Shown: piece by piece, positions 1 to 15,000 of the stretch
Numbering within the stretch: the stretch's first letter is position 1
Layout of the letters: every line of letters starts with the position of its first letter
Origin: Hormiphora californensis
Lineage: Eukaryota; Animalia; Ctenophora
Length of the DNA: 64,000 nt
NCBI GenBank assembly: GCA_020137815.1
Contig: CM035358.1
Coordinates: 5,704,001 to 5,768,000, forward strand
Direction of reading: 5' to 3'
Made by a program: the position numbers and the translations under genes
The notes under the pieces: generated by a model
Seen by the model: only the letters and a program-made list of their open reading frames with translations
Told to the model about the DNA's origin: nothing
Database searches by the model: none

Positions 1-34
1 AGACAATGACTGCACTAATGCCTGTTTTCTCCAG

Positions 35-3000
35 GACTTTAGCTAGTTTCTTCTTGGATAATCACCTTCATTCGGGTGACGAAAAGGCTGGAGGATGCAG
101 GTTCCTCCACGCGAAATTTCTATGGGGGATCTCTAAGAAACTTTCCCACTTTGACCCTCGTTATATCTTAGAAACTTTCCCACTTTGGCCCTCCTTATCT
201 CTAAGAAACTTTCCCACTTCGAACCTCCTTATCTCTTAAAACTTTCCCACTTTGACCCTCCTTATCTCTAAGAAACTTTCCAACTTAGGCCTTCCTTATC
301 TCTAATAAACGTTCCCACTTTCACCCTCCTTATCCCTAAGAAACTTTCCCACTTTGACCCTCCTTATCTCTAAGAAACTCTCCCATTTTGACCTTCCTTA
401 TCTCTAAGAAACTTTCCCACTTTGAACCTCCTTATCTCTAAGAAACTTTCCCACTTTGACTGTCCTTATCTCTAAGAAACTTTCCCACTTTGACCCTCCT
501 TATCTCTAAAAAACTTTCCCACTTTGAACCTCCTTATCTCTAAGAAACTTTCCCACTTTGACCCTCCTTATTTCTAAGAAAATTTACCACTTTGACCCTC
601 CTTATCTCTAAGAAACTATGCCACTTTGACCCTCCTTATCTCTAAGAAACTTTCCCACTTTGAACCTCCCTATCTCTAAGAAAATTTCCCACTTTGACCC
701 TCCTTATCTCTAAGAAACTTTCCCACTTTGAACCTCCTTATCTCTAAGAAACTTTCCCACTTTGACCCTCCTTATCTCTAAGAAACTTTCCTACTTTGAC
801 CCTCCTTATCTCTAAGAAACTTTCCCACTTTGACCCTCCTTATCTCTAAGAAACTTTCCCACGTTGACCCTCCTTATCTCTAAGAAACTTTCCCACTTTC
901 AACCTCCTTATCTCTAAGAAACTTTGCCACTTTGACCCTCCTTATCTCTTAGAAACTTTCCCACTTTGACCCTCCTTATCTCTAAGAAACTTTCCCACTT
1001 TCAACCTCCTTATCTCTAAGAAACTTTCCCACTTTGAACCTCCTTATCTCTTAGAAACTTTCCCACTTTGGCCCTCCTTATCTCTAAGAAACTTTCCCAC
1101 TTTGAACCTCCCTATCTCTAAGAAAATTTCCCACTTTGACCCTCCTTATCTCTAAGAAACTTTCCCACTTTGAACCTCCTTATCTCTAAGAAACTTTCCC
1201 ACGTTGACCCTCCTTATCTTTAAGAAACTTTCCTACTTTGACCCTCCTTATCTCTAAGAAAATTTCCCACTTTGACCCTCCTTATCTCTAAGAAACTTTC
1301 CCACTTTGACCCTCCTTATCTCTAAGAAACTTTCCCACTTTCAACCTCCTTATCTCTAAGAAACTTTCCCACTTTGACCCTCCTTATCTCTAAGAAACTT
1401 TTCGACTTTGACCCTCCTTATCTCTAAGAACCTTTGCCACTTTGACCCTTCTTATCTCTAAGAAACTTTCCCACTTTGACTCTCCTTATCCCTAAGAAAC
1501 TTTCCCACTTTGACCCTCCTTATCTCTAAGAAACTTTCCCAGTTTGACGATCCCAATCTCTAAGAAACTTTGCCACTTTGAACCTCCCTATCTCTAAGAA
1601 AATTTCCCACTTTGACCCTCCTTATTTCTAAGAAACTTTCCCACTTTGAACCTCCTTATCTCTAAGAAACTTTCCCACTTTGACCCTCCTTATCTCTAAG
1701 AAACTTTCCCACTTTCAACCTCCTTATCTCTAAGAAACTTTGCCACTTTGACCCTCCTTATCTCTAAGAAACTTTTCGACTTTGACCCTCCTTATCTCTA
1801 AGAACCTTTGCCACTTTGACCCTTCTTATCTCTAAGAAACTTTCCCACTTTGACTCTCCTTATCCCTAAGAAACTTTCCCACTTTGACCCTCCTTATCTC
1901 TAAGAAACTTTCCCAGTTTGACGATCCCAATCTCTAAGAAACTTTCCCACTTTGACTCTCCTTATCTCTAAGAAAATTTCCCACTTTGACCCTCCTTATC
2001 TCTAAGAAACTTTCCCACTTTGAACCTCCTTATCTCTAAGAAACTTTCCCACGTTGACCCTCCTTATCTCTAAGAACCTTTGCCACTTTGACCCTTCTTA
2101 TCTCTAAGAAACTTTCCCACTTTGACTCTCCTTATCCCTAAGAAACTTTCCCACTTTGACCCTCCTTATCTCTAAGAAACTTTCCCACTTTGACTCTCCT
2201 TATCCCTAAGAAACTTTCCCACTTTGACCCTCCTTATCTCTAAGAAACTTTCCCAGTTTGACGATCCCAATCTCTAAGAAACTTTGCCACTTTGAACCTC
2301 CCTATCTCTAAGAAAATTTCCCACTTTGACCCTCCTTATTTCTAAGAAACTTTCCCACTTTGAACCTCCTTATCTCTAAGAAACTTTCCCACTTTGACCC
2401 TCCTTATCTCTAAGAAACTTTCCCACTTTGACCCTCCTTATCTCTAAGAAACTTTCCCACTTTGACCCTCCTTATCTCTAAGAAACTTTCCACTTTGACC
2501 CTCCTTATCTCTAAGAAACTTTCCCACTTTGACCCTCCTTATCTCTAAGAAACTTTCCCACTTTGACCCTCCTTATCTCTAAGAAACTTTCCCACTTTGA
2601 CCCTCCTTATCTCTAAGAAACTTTCCCACTTTGACCCTCCTTATCTCTAAGAAACTTTCCCACTTTGACCCTCCTTATCTCTAAGAAACTTTCCCACTTT
2701 GACCCTCCTTATCTCTAAGAAACTTTCCCACTTTGACCCTCCTTATCTCTAAGAAACTTTCCCACTTTGACCCTCCTTATCTCTAAGAAACTTTCCCACT
2801 TTGACCCTCCTTATCTCTAAGAAACTTTCCCACTTTGACCCTCCTTATCTCTAAGAAACTTTCCCACTTTGACCCTCCTTATCTCTAAGAAACTTTCCCA
2901 CTTTAGCCCTCCTTATCTCTAAGAAACTTTCCCTTTGACCCTCCTTATCTCTAAGAAACTTTCCCACTTTGACCCTCCTTATCTCTAAGAAACTTTCCCA

Positions 3001-6000
3001 CTTTGACCCTCCTTATCTCTAAGAAACTTTCCCACTTTGACCCTCCTTATCTCTAAGAAACTTTCCCACTTTGACCCTCCTTATCTCTAAGAAACTTTCC
3101 CACTTTGACCCTCCTTATCTCTAAGAAACTTTCCCACTTTGACCCTCCTTATCTCTAAGAAACTTTCCCACTTTGACCCTCCTTATCTCTAAGAAACTTT
3201 CCCACTTTGACCCTCCTTATCTCTAAGAAACTTTCCCACTTTGACCCTCCTTATCTCTAAGAAACTTTCCCACTTTGACCCTCCTTATCTCTAAGAAACT
3301 TTCCCACTTTGACCCTCCTTATCTCTAAGAAACTTTCCCACTTTGACCCTCCTTATCTCTAAGAAACTTTCCCACTTTGACCCTCCTTATCTCTAAGAAA
3401 CTTTCCCACTTTGACCCTCCTTATCTCTAAGAAACTTTCCCACTTTGACCCTCCTTATCTCTAAGAAACTTTCCCACTTTGACCCTCCTTATCTCTAAGA
3501 AACTATTCCACTTTGACCTTCCTTATCTCTAAGAAACTTTCCCACTTTGAACCTCCTTATCTCTAAGAAACTTTCCCACTTTGACCCTCCTTATCTCTAA
3601 GAAACTTTCCCACTTTGAACCTCCTTATCTCTAAGAAACTTTCCCACTTTGACCCTCCTTATCTCTAAGAAACTTTCCTACTTTGACCCTCCTTATCTCT
3701 AAGAAACTTTCCCACTTTGACCCTCCTTATCTCTAAGAAACTTTCCCACTTTGACCCTCCTTATCTCTAAGAAACTTTGCCACTTTGACCCTCCTTATCT
3801 CTAAGAAACTTTCCCACTTTGACCCTCCTTATCTCTAAGAAACTTTCCCACTTTGACCCTCCTTATCTCTAAGAAACTTTCCCACTTTGACCCTCCTTAT
3901 CTCTAAGAAACTTTCCCACTTTGACCCTCCTTATCTCTAAGAAACTTTCCCACTTTGAACCTCCTTATCTCTAAGAAACTTTGCCACTTTGACCCTCCTT
4001 ATCTCTAAGAAACTTTTCGACTTTGACCCTCCTTATCTCTAAGAACCTTTGCCACTTTGACCCTCCTTATCTCTAAGAAACTTTCCCACTTCGAACCTCC
4101 TTATCTCTAAGAAACTTTCCCACGTTGACCCTCCTTATCTCTAAGAAACTTTCCTACTTTGACCCTCCTTATCTCTAAGAAAATTTCCCACTTTGACCCT
4201 CCTTATCTCTAAGAAACTTTCCCACTTTGACCCTCCTTATCTCTAAGAAACTTTCCCACTTTCAACCTCCTTATCTCTAAGAAACTTTCCCACTTTGACC
4301 CTCCTTATCTCTAAGAAACTTTTCCGACTTTGACCCTCCTTATCTCTAAGAACCTTTGCCACTTTGACCCTCCTTATCTCTAAGAAACTTTCCCACTTTG
4401 ACTCTCCTTATCCTCTAAGAAACTTTCCCACTTTGACCCTCCTTATCTCTAAGAAACTTTCCCACTTTGACCCTCCTTATCTCTAAGAAACTTTGCCCAC
4501 TTTGACCCTCCTTATCTCTAAGAAACTTTCCCACTTTGACCCTCCTTATCTCTAAGAAACTTTCCCACTTTGAACCTCCTTATCTCTAAGAAACTTTCCC
4601 ACTTTGACCCTCCTTATCTCTAAGAAACTTTCCCACTTTGAACCTCCTTATCTCTTAAGAAACTTTCCCACTTTGACCCTCCTTATCTCTAAGAAACTTT
4701 CCCACTTTGACCCTCCTTATCTCTAAGAAACTTTCCCACTTTGACCCTCCTTATCTCTAAGAAACTTTCCCACTTTGAACCTCCTTATCTCTAAGAAACT
4801 TTCCCACTTTGACCCTCCTTATCTCTAAGAAACTTTCCCTTTGACCCTCCTTATCTCTAAGAAACTTTCCCACTTTGACCCTCCTTATCTCTAAGAAACT
4901 TTCCCACTTTGACCCTCCTTATCTCTAAGAAACTTTCCCACTTTGACCCTCCTTATCTCTAAGAAACTTTCCCACTTTGACCCTCCTTATCTCTAAGAAA
5001 CTTTCCACTTTGACCCTCCTTATCTCTAAGAAACTTTCCCACTTTGACCCTCCTTATCTCTAAGAAACTTTCCCACTTTGACCCTCCTTATCTCTAAGAA
5101 ACTTTCCCACTTTGACCCTCCTTATCTCTAAGAAACTTTCCCACTTTGACCCTCCTTATCTCTAAGAAACTTTCCCACTTTGACCCTCCTTATCTCTAAG
5201 AAACTTTCCCACTTTGACCCTCCTTATCTCTAAGAAACTTTCCCACTTTGACCTCCTTATCTCTAAGAAACTTTCCCACTTTGACCCTCCTTATCTCTAA
5301 GAAACTTTCCTACTTTGACCCTCCTTATCTCTAAGAAACTTTCCCACTTTGACCCTCCTTATCTCTAAGAAACTTTCCCACTTTGACCCTCCTTATCTCT
5401 AAGAAACTTTCCCACTTAGACCTCCTTATCTCTATGAAACTTTCCGACTTTGACCCTCCTTATCTCTAAGAAACTTTCCCACTTTGACATACCTTATCTC
5501 TAAGAAACTTTCCCACTTTGAACCTCCTTATCTCTAAGAAACTTTCCCACTTTGACCCTCCTTATCTCTTAGAAACTTTCCCACTTTGGCCCTCCTTATC
5601 TCTAAGAAACTTTCCCACTTCGAACCTCCTTATCTCTAAAAACTTTCCCACTTTGACCCTCCTTATCTCTAAGAAACTTTCCCACTTAGGCCTTCCTTAT
5701 CTCTAATAAACTTTCCCACTTTCACCCTCCTTATCTCTAAGAAACTTTCCCACTTTGACCCTCCTTATCTCTAAGAAACTCTCCCACTTTGACCTTCCTT
5801 ATCTCTAAGAAACTTTCCCACTTTGACTCTCCTTATCTCTAAGAAACTTTCCCACTTTGACCCTCCTTATCTCTAAGAAACTTTCCCAGTTTGACGATCC
5901 CAATCTCTAAGAAACTTTCCCACTTTGAACCTCCCTATCTCTAAGAAAATTTCCCACTTTGACCCTCCTTATTTCTAAGAAACTTTCCCACTTTGAACCT

Positions 6001-9000
6001 CCTTATCTCTAAGAAACTTTCCCACTTTGACCCTCCTTATCTCTAAGAAACTTTCCCACTTTCAACCTCCTTATCTCTAAGAAACTTTGCCACTTTGACC
6101 CTCCTTATCTCTAAGAAACTTTCCCACTTAGACTATCCTTATCTCTATGAAACTTTTCGACTTTGACCCTCCTTATCTCTAAGAAACTTTCCCACTTTGA
6201 CATACCTTATCTCTAAGAAACTTTCCCACTTTGAACCTCCTTATCTCTAAGAAACTTTCCCACTTTGACCCTCCTTATCTCTTAGAAACTTTCCCACTTT
6301 GGCCCTCCTTATCTCTAAGAAACTTTCCCACTTCGAACCTCCTTATCTCTAAAAACTTTCCCACTTTGACCCTCCTTATCTCTAAGAAACTTTCCCACTT
6401 AGGCCTTCCTTATCTCTAATAAACGTTCCCACTTTCACCCTCCTTATCCCTAAGAAACTTTCCCACTTTGACCCTCCTTATCTCTAAGAAACTCTCCCAC
6501 TTTGACCTTCCTTATCTCTAAGAAACTTTCCCACTTTGACTCTCCTTATCCCTAAGAAACTTTCCCACTTTGACCCTCCTTATCTCTAAGAAACTTTCCC
6601 AGTTTGACGATCCCAATCTCTAAGAAACTTTCCCACTTTGACTCTCCTTATCTCTAAGAAAATTTCCCACTTTGACCCTCCTTATCTCTAAGAAACTTTC
6701 CCACTTTGAACCTCCTTATCTCTAAGAAACTTTCCCACGTTGACCCTCCTTATCTCTAAGAAACTTTCCTATTTTTACCCTCCTTATCTCTAAGAAACTT
6801 TCCCACCTTGACCTTCCTTATCTCTAAGAAACTTTCCCACTTTGACCCTCCTTATCTCTAAGAAACTTTCCCACTTAGACTATCCTTATCTCTATGAAAC
6901 TTTTCGACTTTGACCCTCCTTATCTCTAAGAAACTTTCCCACTTTGACATACCTTATCTCTAAGAAACTTTCCCACTTTGACTCTCCTTATCTCTAAGAA
7001 ACTTTCCCACTTTGACCCTCCTTATCTCTAAAAAACTTTCCCACTTTGAACCTCCTTATCTCTAAGAAACTTTCCCACTTTGACCCTCCTTATTTCTAAG
7101 AAAATTTCCCACTTTGACCCTCCTTATCTCTAAGAAACTATGCCACTTTGACCCTCCTTATCTCTAAGAAACTTTTCGACTTTGACCCTCCTTATCTCTA
7201 AGAAACTTTCCCACTTTGACATACCTTATCTCTAAGAAACTTTCCCACTTTGAACCTCCTTATCTCTAAGAAACTTTCCCACTTTGACCCTCCTTATCTC
7301 TTAGAAACTTTCCCACTTTGGCCCTCCTTATCTCTAAGAAACTTTCCCACTTCGAACCTCCTTATCTCTAAAAACTTTCCCACTTTGACCCTCCTTATCT
7401 CTAAGAAACTTTCCCACTTAGGCCTTCCTTATCTCTAATAAACGTTCCCACTTTCACCCTCCTTATCCCTAAGAAACTTTCCCACTTTGACCCTCCTTAT
7501 CTCTAAGAAACTCTCCCACTTTGACCTTGCTTATCTCTAAGAAACTTTCCCACTTTGACTCTCCTTATCCCTAAGAAACTTTCCCACTTTGACCCTCCTT
7601 ATCTCTAAGAAACTTTCCCAGTTTGACGATCCCAATCTCTAAGAAACTTTCCCACTTTGACTCTCCTTATCTCTAAGAAAATTTCCCACTTTGACCCTCC
7701 TTATCTCTAAGAAACTTTCCCACTTTGAACCTCCTTATCTCTAAGAAACTTTCTCACGTTGACCCTCCTTATCTCTAAGAAACTTTCCTATTTTTACCCT
7801 CCTTATCTCTAAGAAACTTTCCCACCTTGACCTTCCTTATCTCTAAGAAACTTTCCCACTTTGACCCTCCTTATCTCTAAGAAACTTTCCCACTTAGACT
7901 ATCCTTATCTCTATGAAACTTTTCGACTTTGACCCTCCTTATCTCTAAGAAACTTTCCCACTTTGACATACCTTATCTCTAAGAAACTTTCCCACTTTGA
8001 CTCTCCTTATCTCTAAGAAACTTTCCCACTTTGACCCTCCTTATCTCTAAAAAACTTTCCCACTTTGAACCTCCTTATCTCTAAGAAACTTTCCCACTTT
8101 GACCCTCCTTATTTCTAAGAAAATTTCCCACTTTGACCCTCCTTATCTCTAAGAAACTATGCCACTTTGACCCTCCTTATCTCTAAGAAACTTTCCTACT
8201 TTGACCTTCCTTATCTCGGGGGTTACTCAAAGACTTCTATTTCCCCTCAGGGGTTACTCAAAGATTTCTATTTCCCCTTAGGGGTTACTCAAACACTTCT
8301 ATTTCCCCTCAGGGGTTACTCAAACACTTCTAGTTCTATTTCCCCTCAGGGGTTACACAAAGACTTCTATTTCCCGTCAGGGGTTACTCAAAGACTTCTT
8401 TTTCCCCTCAGGGGTTACTCAATCACTTTTAGTTCTATTTACCCTCAGGTGTTACTCAAAAACTTCTATTTCCCCTCAGGGGATACTCAAAGACTTCTAT
8501 TTCCCCTCAGGGGTTACTGAAAGACTTCTAGTTCTATTTCCCCTCAGGGGTTACTCAAACACTTCTATTTCCCCTCAGGGGTTACTCAAACACTTCTATT
8601 TCCCCTCAGGGGTTACTCAAAGACCACCGAGGAGTTAGAGGATGACCTGGAAAATCAGAGCGAATACTTCAAAGGAGGGTTTGCTATTCTAATTATTGGA
8701 GTTGCTTCCATCTTCAACGCTCTCAGCACTGAACTGGGTAAGTTCTCTATTGTACTTTGTCACAAACTGACTGTACATCTTCTTATATGAGACTAATTGT
8801 ACTAGGTCCAAAAACTCGCGGGGACCGCGTGACGAAGATTTATGATAGTGTTATAATAAGGCTTGCAGTTCTCTTTGGACTTTGAGGCTTGAGCTGTTTT
8901 TCGTAATTTTTTAGTAGTCATCAGTTTGTTTTCCCTGCCCGGGAGGACGGAAAAGGGTTTGTGGTTGAAATATCCGGAGTAACATTATGTTCTGTTTCAG

Positions 9001-12000
9001 GAGATAAGATAAATCAAGCGTTTGCTGTTATCAAAGTGTCTGCGATAGGCATAATTTGCTGTATCGGAATATATTGGGTCCACAAAGGTGAGATAGGGAG
9101 CGATTTGATTTGAAATAAATAACCATGATAAATGCATGCACAACACATACAAACAGCATAGCAAAAAAACACACAAAAAACAGCACAGCAAAAAATTAAA
9201 AACAGTTCCCAATTGTCCTTTCCGACGTTTTTTGGCAGACGAGAGTTCATTTGTACCACATGCTTGTATACCTGTCCCACAAGCATGTACCAGTCGGAAA
9301 ACAGGTCCACGGGAAGGTTGCTCCCGTCAGCACGGTCATATTCAGCCATATACATAGCGTATAGGGGAGATGAAAGTGGATTAAGGGTACGCTAACCAAA
9401 ATTTTTTTTCGAGTGCAGGGAAATCTCTCACCGTAGGGTTGTAGGCCATGCCAAGGAGACCTCAAATATGCAATTTGAGCTCTCAAGTCGAATTCATATT
9501 TTTGCTACAGCTGCTTGAAAAATGAACTGAAAATAAGTTTTTGGCATCTTAAAAATACATTTGTAAAGATAGGATCATAAAAATTTGTGGATTTGAAGAG
9601 GACAAAGAGGTGAGTAGCCACAAAAAATGTTTTTGAAATCCGAGCTGATTTCCGGTCCTGAGATGGATTTCTTTTTTTTGACTTTAACGCCATATTTGGC
9701 CAAGTTCCGAAAATATGTGAAAGCTGTAAATTGGTCAAAAGTTGCGTCTAACGATTCTCCATATGGCCATAAATTTTGGGCGCGTCCTTATTTGAGATAA
9801 GCTGTACAGAGGTTTTTTTGTGAAAGCCGTCATTTCAGAAATAAATAAATTCCCTGTATCTCAAAAACGACTGATCGTAGAGACCTGAGACTATGCTTAA
9901 ACGATTCAGAAGGTCCGATTTTGGGGGGGTCTTCTGAGAGACATTTTGCTCCTACTTCAACCGTTTTTGCTGTAATTGCGAAAAACAAAAATCCATCTTC
10001 GCCATCGTGGATTTTTTGTGATTTTGTTTTTGGTGATTATAGGGACCCATATGGACCAAATAGTGAAGAAAGTAGCTTGTTACACATTTTTCCATAGTTT
10101 CGGTCCTTTCTTAGCTAAAATTCCCTAATTACAGGATATTGGATTTTAGCTTTTGCCCTTTTCATAGAATTTGTTTTTCGCAATTACAGCAAAAACGGTT
10201 GAAGTAAGAGCAAAATGTCTCTCAGAAGACCCCCCCAAAATCGGACCTTCTGAATCGTTTAAGCATAGTCTCAGGTCTCTACGATCAGTCGTTTTTGAGA
10301 TACAGGGAATTTATTTATTTCTAAAATGACGGCTTTCACAAAAAAACCTCTGTACAGCGTATCTCAAATAAGGACACGCCCAAAATTTATGGCCACTTAG
10401 ATAATCGTTAGACGCAACTTTTCACCAATTTACAGCTTTCACATGTTTTCGGAACTTTGCCAAATAGGGCGTTAAAGTGGAAAAAAAGAAATCCATCTCA
10501 GGACCGGAAATCAGCTCGGATTGCAAAAAAAATTTTTGTGGTTATTCACCTTCATGTCCTCTTCAAATCCCCAAATTTTCATGCTCCTATCTTTAAAATA
10601 ATTTTTTTGAGATGCCAAAAACGTATTTACAGGACATTTTTTAAACAGCTGTAGCAAAAATATGAATTCGACTTAAGGGCTAAAATTGCATATTTGAGGT
10701 CTCCTTGGCATGGCCTACAACCCTACGGTGAGAGATTTCCCTGCACTCGAAAAAAAATTTTGGTTAGCGTACCCTTAAAGGGGATGTAGAGAAGCAATGG
10801 ACTATTATTATAGGGAAGGGGAATTAATTGCTCAGGAGATTCTAAATAATTTTGAGATCACAATTTTAAAGATCACAAATAAACTTGATTTTCTAAAAAA
10901 AGAAGAGAAAAGAGACAGATAGGGAGAAATAGGAAGAGAGATAGGAAGAGAGATAGGAAGAGAGATAGGAAGAGAGATAGGAAGAGAGATAGGGAGAGAT
11001 AGGGAGAGATAGGGAGAGATAGAGAAAGAGAGAGAGAGAGAGAGATAGGGTTAGGGTAATAGGGTATCACAAAAAGAAAACAATAAATAGACACTAAATA
11101 CTTGTTGACGTCACCCCCCCCCCCCCCCCCCCCCCCGGCCCATATCTTCGTTAATTTCTTTTTGAACATGACAGGGGCACAAAGTACAAACTATACGGAC
11201 AAACTATACGACAAACTATACGACAAACTATAGTGACATCATCAAGATACTTACCAAAATCCCTTTGCCATGTTACATTATTGACAAGGACCAAGTTATC
11301 CCAATTGAACACCTCATACCCTGCTGCATCTACATATCCCGTTCGATAAAGTCGGGATACCTCCGCGGGGGAGAGAGTTTTGTTTAGCCAATAAAACTCT
11401 GCAATCCCTCCCGTAAAGGCCTGACGCTCCTCGAAACCTCCCCCGTACTCGTCTTGCTCCTGAAACAGTACATTTCAGGAACCGACCGAATTAGGATATA
11501 CTGGTCCCTGATTGGCTGATAACCAGTCACGTGACCTAAATAGCGAGTTCTGATTGGTTGTTTACTTGTTATGTGTCGGTCGGTTCCTGATACTGCTATT
11601 CGATCAGGAATCGGGACTGTTTTGGGCACGTTACACACACATGTGTGAAGTGATTAATACCTGTCCAAAACACAGGTATCCCTTCTTCGGTAGCTTCTTT
11701 GTCGTCCCTATGTCCCCGATTAACTCTCCGTCCATGTATAGAGATGCTCCCATGGTGCTGTTCCTAGTGGTTACCACGTGATACCACTTCCCGTATGTTA
11801 GTGAGTAGTTATCACCTGTATGATAGTATAGGGATCAGGAACTGACCGAATTAAGTAAACAGCCAATCAGAAATCGTTATTTAGGTCACGTGACTGGTTA
11901 TCAGCCAATCAGGGACCAGTATTTCCTGATTCGGTCGGTTCCTGATAGGGATGGTATTGATATCTACCGAACCATCACAGAGCACGATAAAATGTGAGCC

Positions 12001-15000
12001 ACACAAGGACGATATAGTGTCAGTACTCAGTGAGGATTTCATCACTTGAAAATTGAAATCGATGTTAATTTTTCAAAACCTGTGGGGATTTGATACGCTG
12101 TCCCAAATTGCGCTTTCACCGCTCTTTCGTCATGTGTTGCAGCTTCAAAAGTGCCATTCCTCACCACCACTTCCATGTTCGCAAGGGACACGTCTGTAGC
12201 AAAGGTTACGGCTCCTTTAACATTAGTCGGTCTGCGGAGGGGAGGGATAACTTAGCCATGAGAATTGGAGTATGAAATGGTTATAGGGATCGGGATCAGC
12301 AATATTTGTCTTGCCTTTCTCTAAATTACAATGTCAACCTCTCTCCTCTCACAGTACAAGAAGATACAATTCAGTGGTCAGCGCGATGCCGGAAAGCGTC
12401 ACACTGTTGACTGTTTGTGTATGATGTCACACTGTTTGTGTATGATGTCACACTGTTTGTGTGTGACATCACACTGTTTGTGTATGGCGTCACACTGTTT
12501 GTGTATGACGTCACACTGTTTGTGTATGACGTCACACTGTTTGTGTATGACGTCATGATGACGTCATAAGCTATGACGTACTTGTAATAGATCGTATGGT
12601 AAAACCAGAAGGCAAGGGTTACATTAAGGTGGTAACCATCCTCATTGGTAAACTCATGATATGCGTAGTTATCCACCGATGGAGGGTAGGGAAAATACAG
12701 CGCTTTATCTGGGGAAAGAAGCATGTGTAACTCGATACATGGTTACCATGGTAACTACGCAATACCATGGTAACTACGCAATACCATGGTAACTACGCAA
12801 TACCATGGTAACTATGCGATACCATGGTAACTATGCGATACCATGGTAACTACGCAATACCATGGTAACTACGCAATACCATGGTAACTACGCAATACCA
12901 TGGTAACTACGCAATACTCAGCTGCGTTACTATGGAGCTACAGATAATTTCTCCTAGCTGGAAAGAGAGATTCTTACGGATTCTATCCTCTGGAGCAGTA
13001 TAAACAAGACGTGCTCCGAGTAGGACCACTAGAACAATGGTTGCCCCATAGTGAAGTCTTTCCATTATCACACGAATATATTCAAAGCACAATTGTCACA
13101 GCAGCAACCAATGCTGTTACATCAGCGGGATGAAATTCAGGAAACGATAGATTTCGAATGAAGGATTTATTTAGACTCCGTATCCCGGGACACTAGTGCA
13201 TGTGTGTCTAAAACAATTCCTGCGTGTTAGAAAATGTTTTTTATGCACGAATGAATTATATATTGTTCGCGAATCTGCATGTGTTTCATATGCATGTGGG
13301 CAGTTTATCTTGATATGCACTGATATTATAAAATTGGGCCGTTGGATTTATCGTATATTCAGAGGAATTACTGACCAAACTTTTTGAAAGTGACAGAAAC
13401 TAAATATCAAACTATGAATTATAGAGACTATGCGAGGGATAAAGGGAATAAAGCAACGCCACCATGATAGTCCTCAAGTTATACAATTGCAAACTAAAGT
13501 TAGCTCAATATTCAGCCTCCGCACTATAATAGTGGCCAGATATAATGATAGTACAATGCCTAAAGGAATTGCTATGCTACATAGATCACACTATCTGAGC
13601 TACCGTTCTTCTATAGAAGCGACTTAATTATATAAACAAAGATGTAAGTTTCATGTAGTTCGCATATGTATATGCTGCTATGACAAAGACCATGAGAGAG
13701 ACATGTCTTGACTGATCCACCTGTCATGACACAACACAGACCTAATTTGCTCGGAGCAAATTAGGTCTTTGCCTAATGGAAATTCCATATGGAAAATGCC
13801 GTTTTTAAATTCCATATTCCATATGGAAAAACGTTCATGGAAACATGGAATTTTTCTCTTGATACCAGGTGTAAGAATAGGGTTCTAAATTCATCATAAG
13901 CCGGTTTCAGATGACACAGCTTGCTTTTTAGAGTGTGAGATAGGTATCCTGTATCCTACCATTGATCTAATTGGGGCTCTCTCATTAGTAGCGACCGTGC
14001 TGTGTTCACAGAGATTGGTTAATAGAGTAGGATCATCTTCAAGAGTGCGAATATGATATGAAAATGAAATTGTTGTACGATGGCTTCCGGTGAATATATT
14101 GCCTAGTGAGCCTGGAGCCAAATTTGGCCATCAGCCTGTGCCCTGTGTGGCAGACGAAATTCGTTTCGTCTGAACATGACCCGAGGGAGGTTAACTGGTG
14201 CACGACCAGAGGAAGTGCTTCAGATAATGATATAATCTCAACCCTCTATTGACTAAGATCTACTCCTATTTTTCGGCTTGAATAATGTCTGCGACCATCT
14301 CAAAAAAACACTGTACCGGGAAACCTCGTGACAAGTGCCAATGTGTTATTTTTGACTAAATTGTACAGTAGACTTGCGATATGAGGGCCTTTTATAACAG
14401 TTTTAATTTCCAGCTTAGTGCTTAGGAGAAAGAAAATTAGTTTTTTGATGGAAATGCATGTAACTTATCAAGTTATACATTTCAAAACAAGGCTCGTTTT
14501 TTAAAATCCATATGGAATTCCATATGGAATTTTTTTGGGACATGGAAATTCCATATTCCATATGGAATTTAAAGCAATATGGAACGGACAACCCTATTTG
14601 CTCCGTAATCCGTCATGTTAACCTCACTTCATGTTAATCTCACGTCATGTTAACCTCACGCCCTCATGTTAACCTCATGCCCTATTTTTTACTCCCATGC
14701 TAACGTCACACTCCCTACCAGGCGAGTACAGTCAGCTGAATGAACCCTTTATAACGAATGAAACTACCTTTGCCAGCACAGTGAATGCCCTCACTCTCAG
14801 TATGTGGGCCTACGGGGGCTGGTAAGTTGTGGGGTGGCTTTAGTTGCCTTGTTCGACCCTCTCTCTCCGCGCCCCGCGACAAATTTACAAATGTAAAGGA
14901 GGGTTAATTAGAAGGATTAGGGTTAGTTAGAAGGATTTATTTGGGGTCTGGCGCACGCTAGACAGCTGTGTTTGAAGGGAAAAGTATGAATAATTCAAAT

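Noticed and set aside
5518-7438. Three identical 62-aa ORFs
   Set aside because: Translations of higher-order satellite blocks.
130-8622. CRISPR-like array
   Set aside because: Head-to-tail repeats with no unique spacers, eukaryotic context, no cas genes.
9014-9486. Overlapping short ORFs, possible extra pentraxin exon
   Set aside because: The pentraxin already terminates at 10873; no splice signals or recognisable family.
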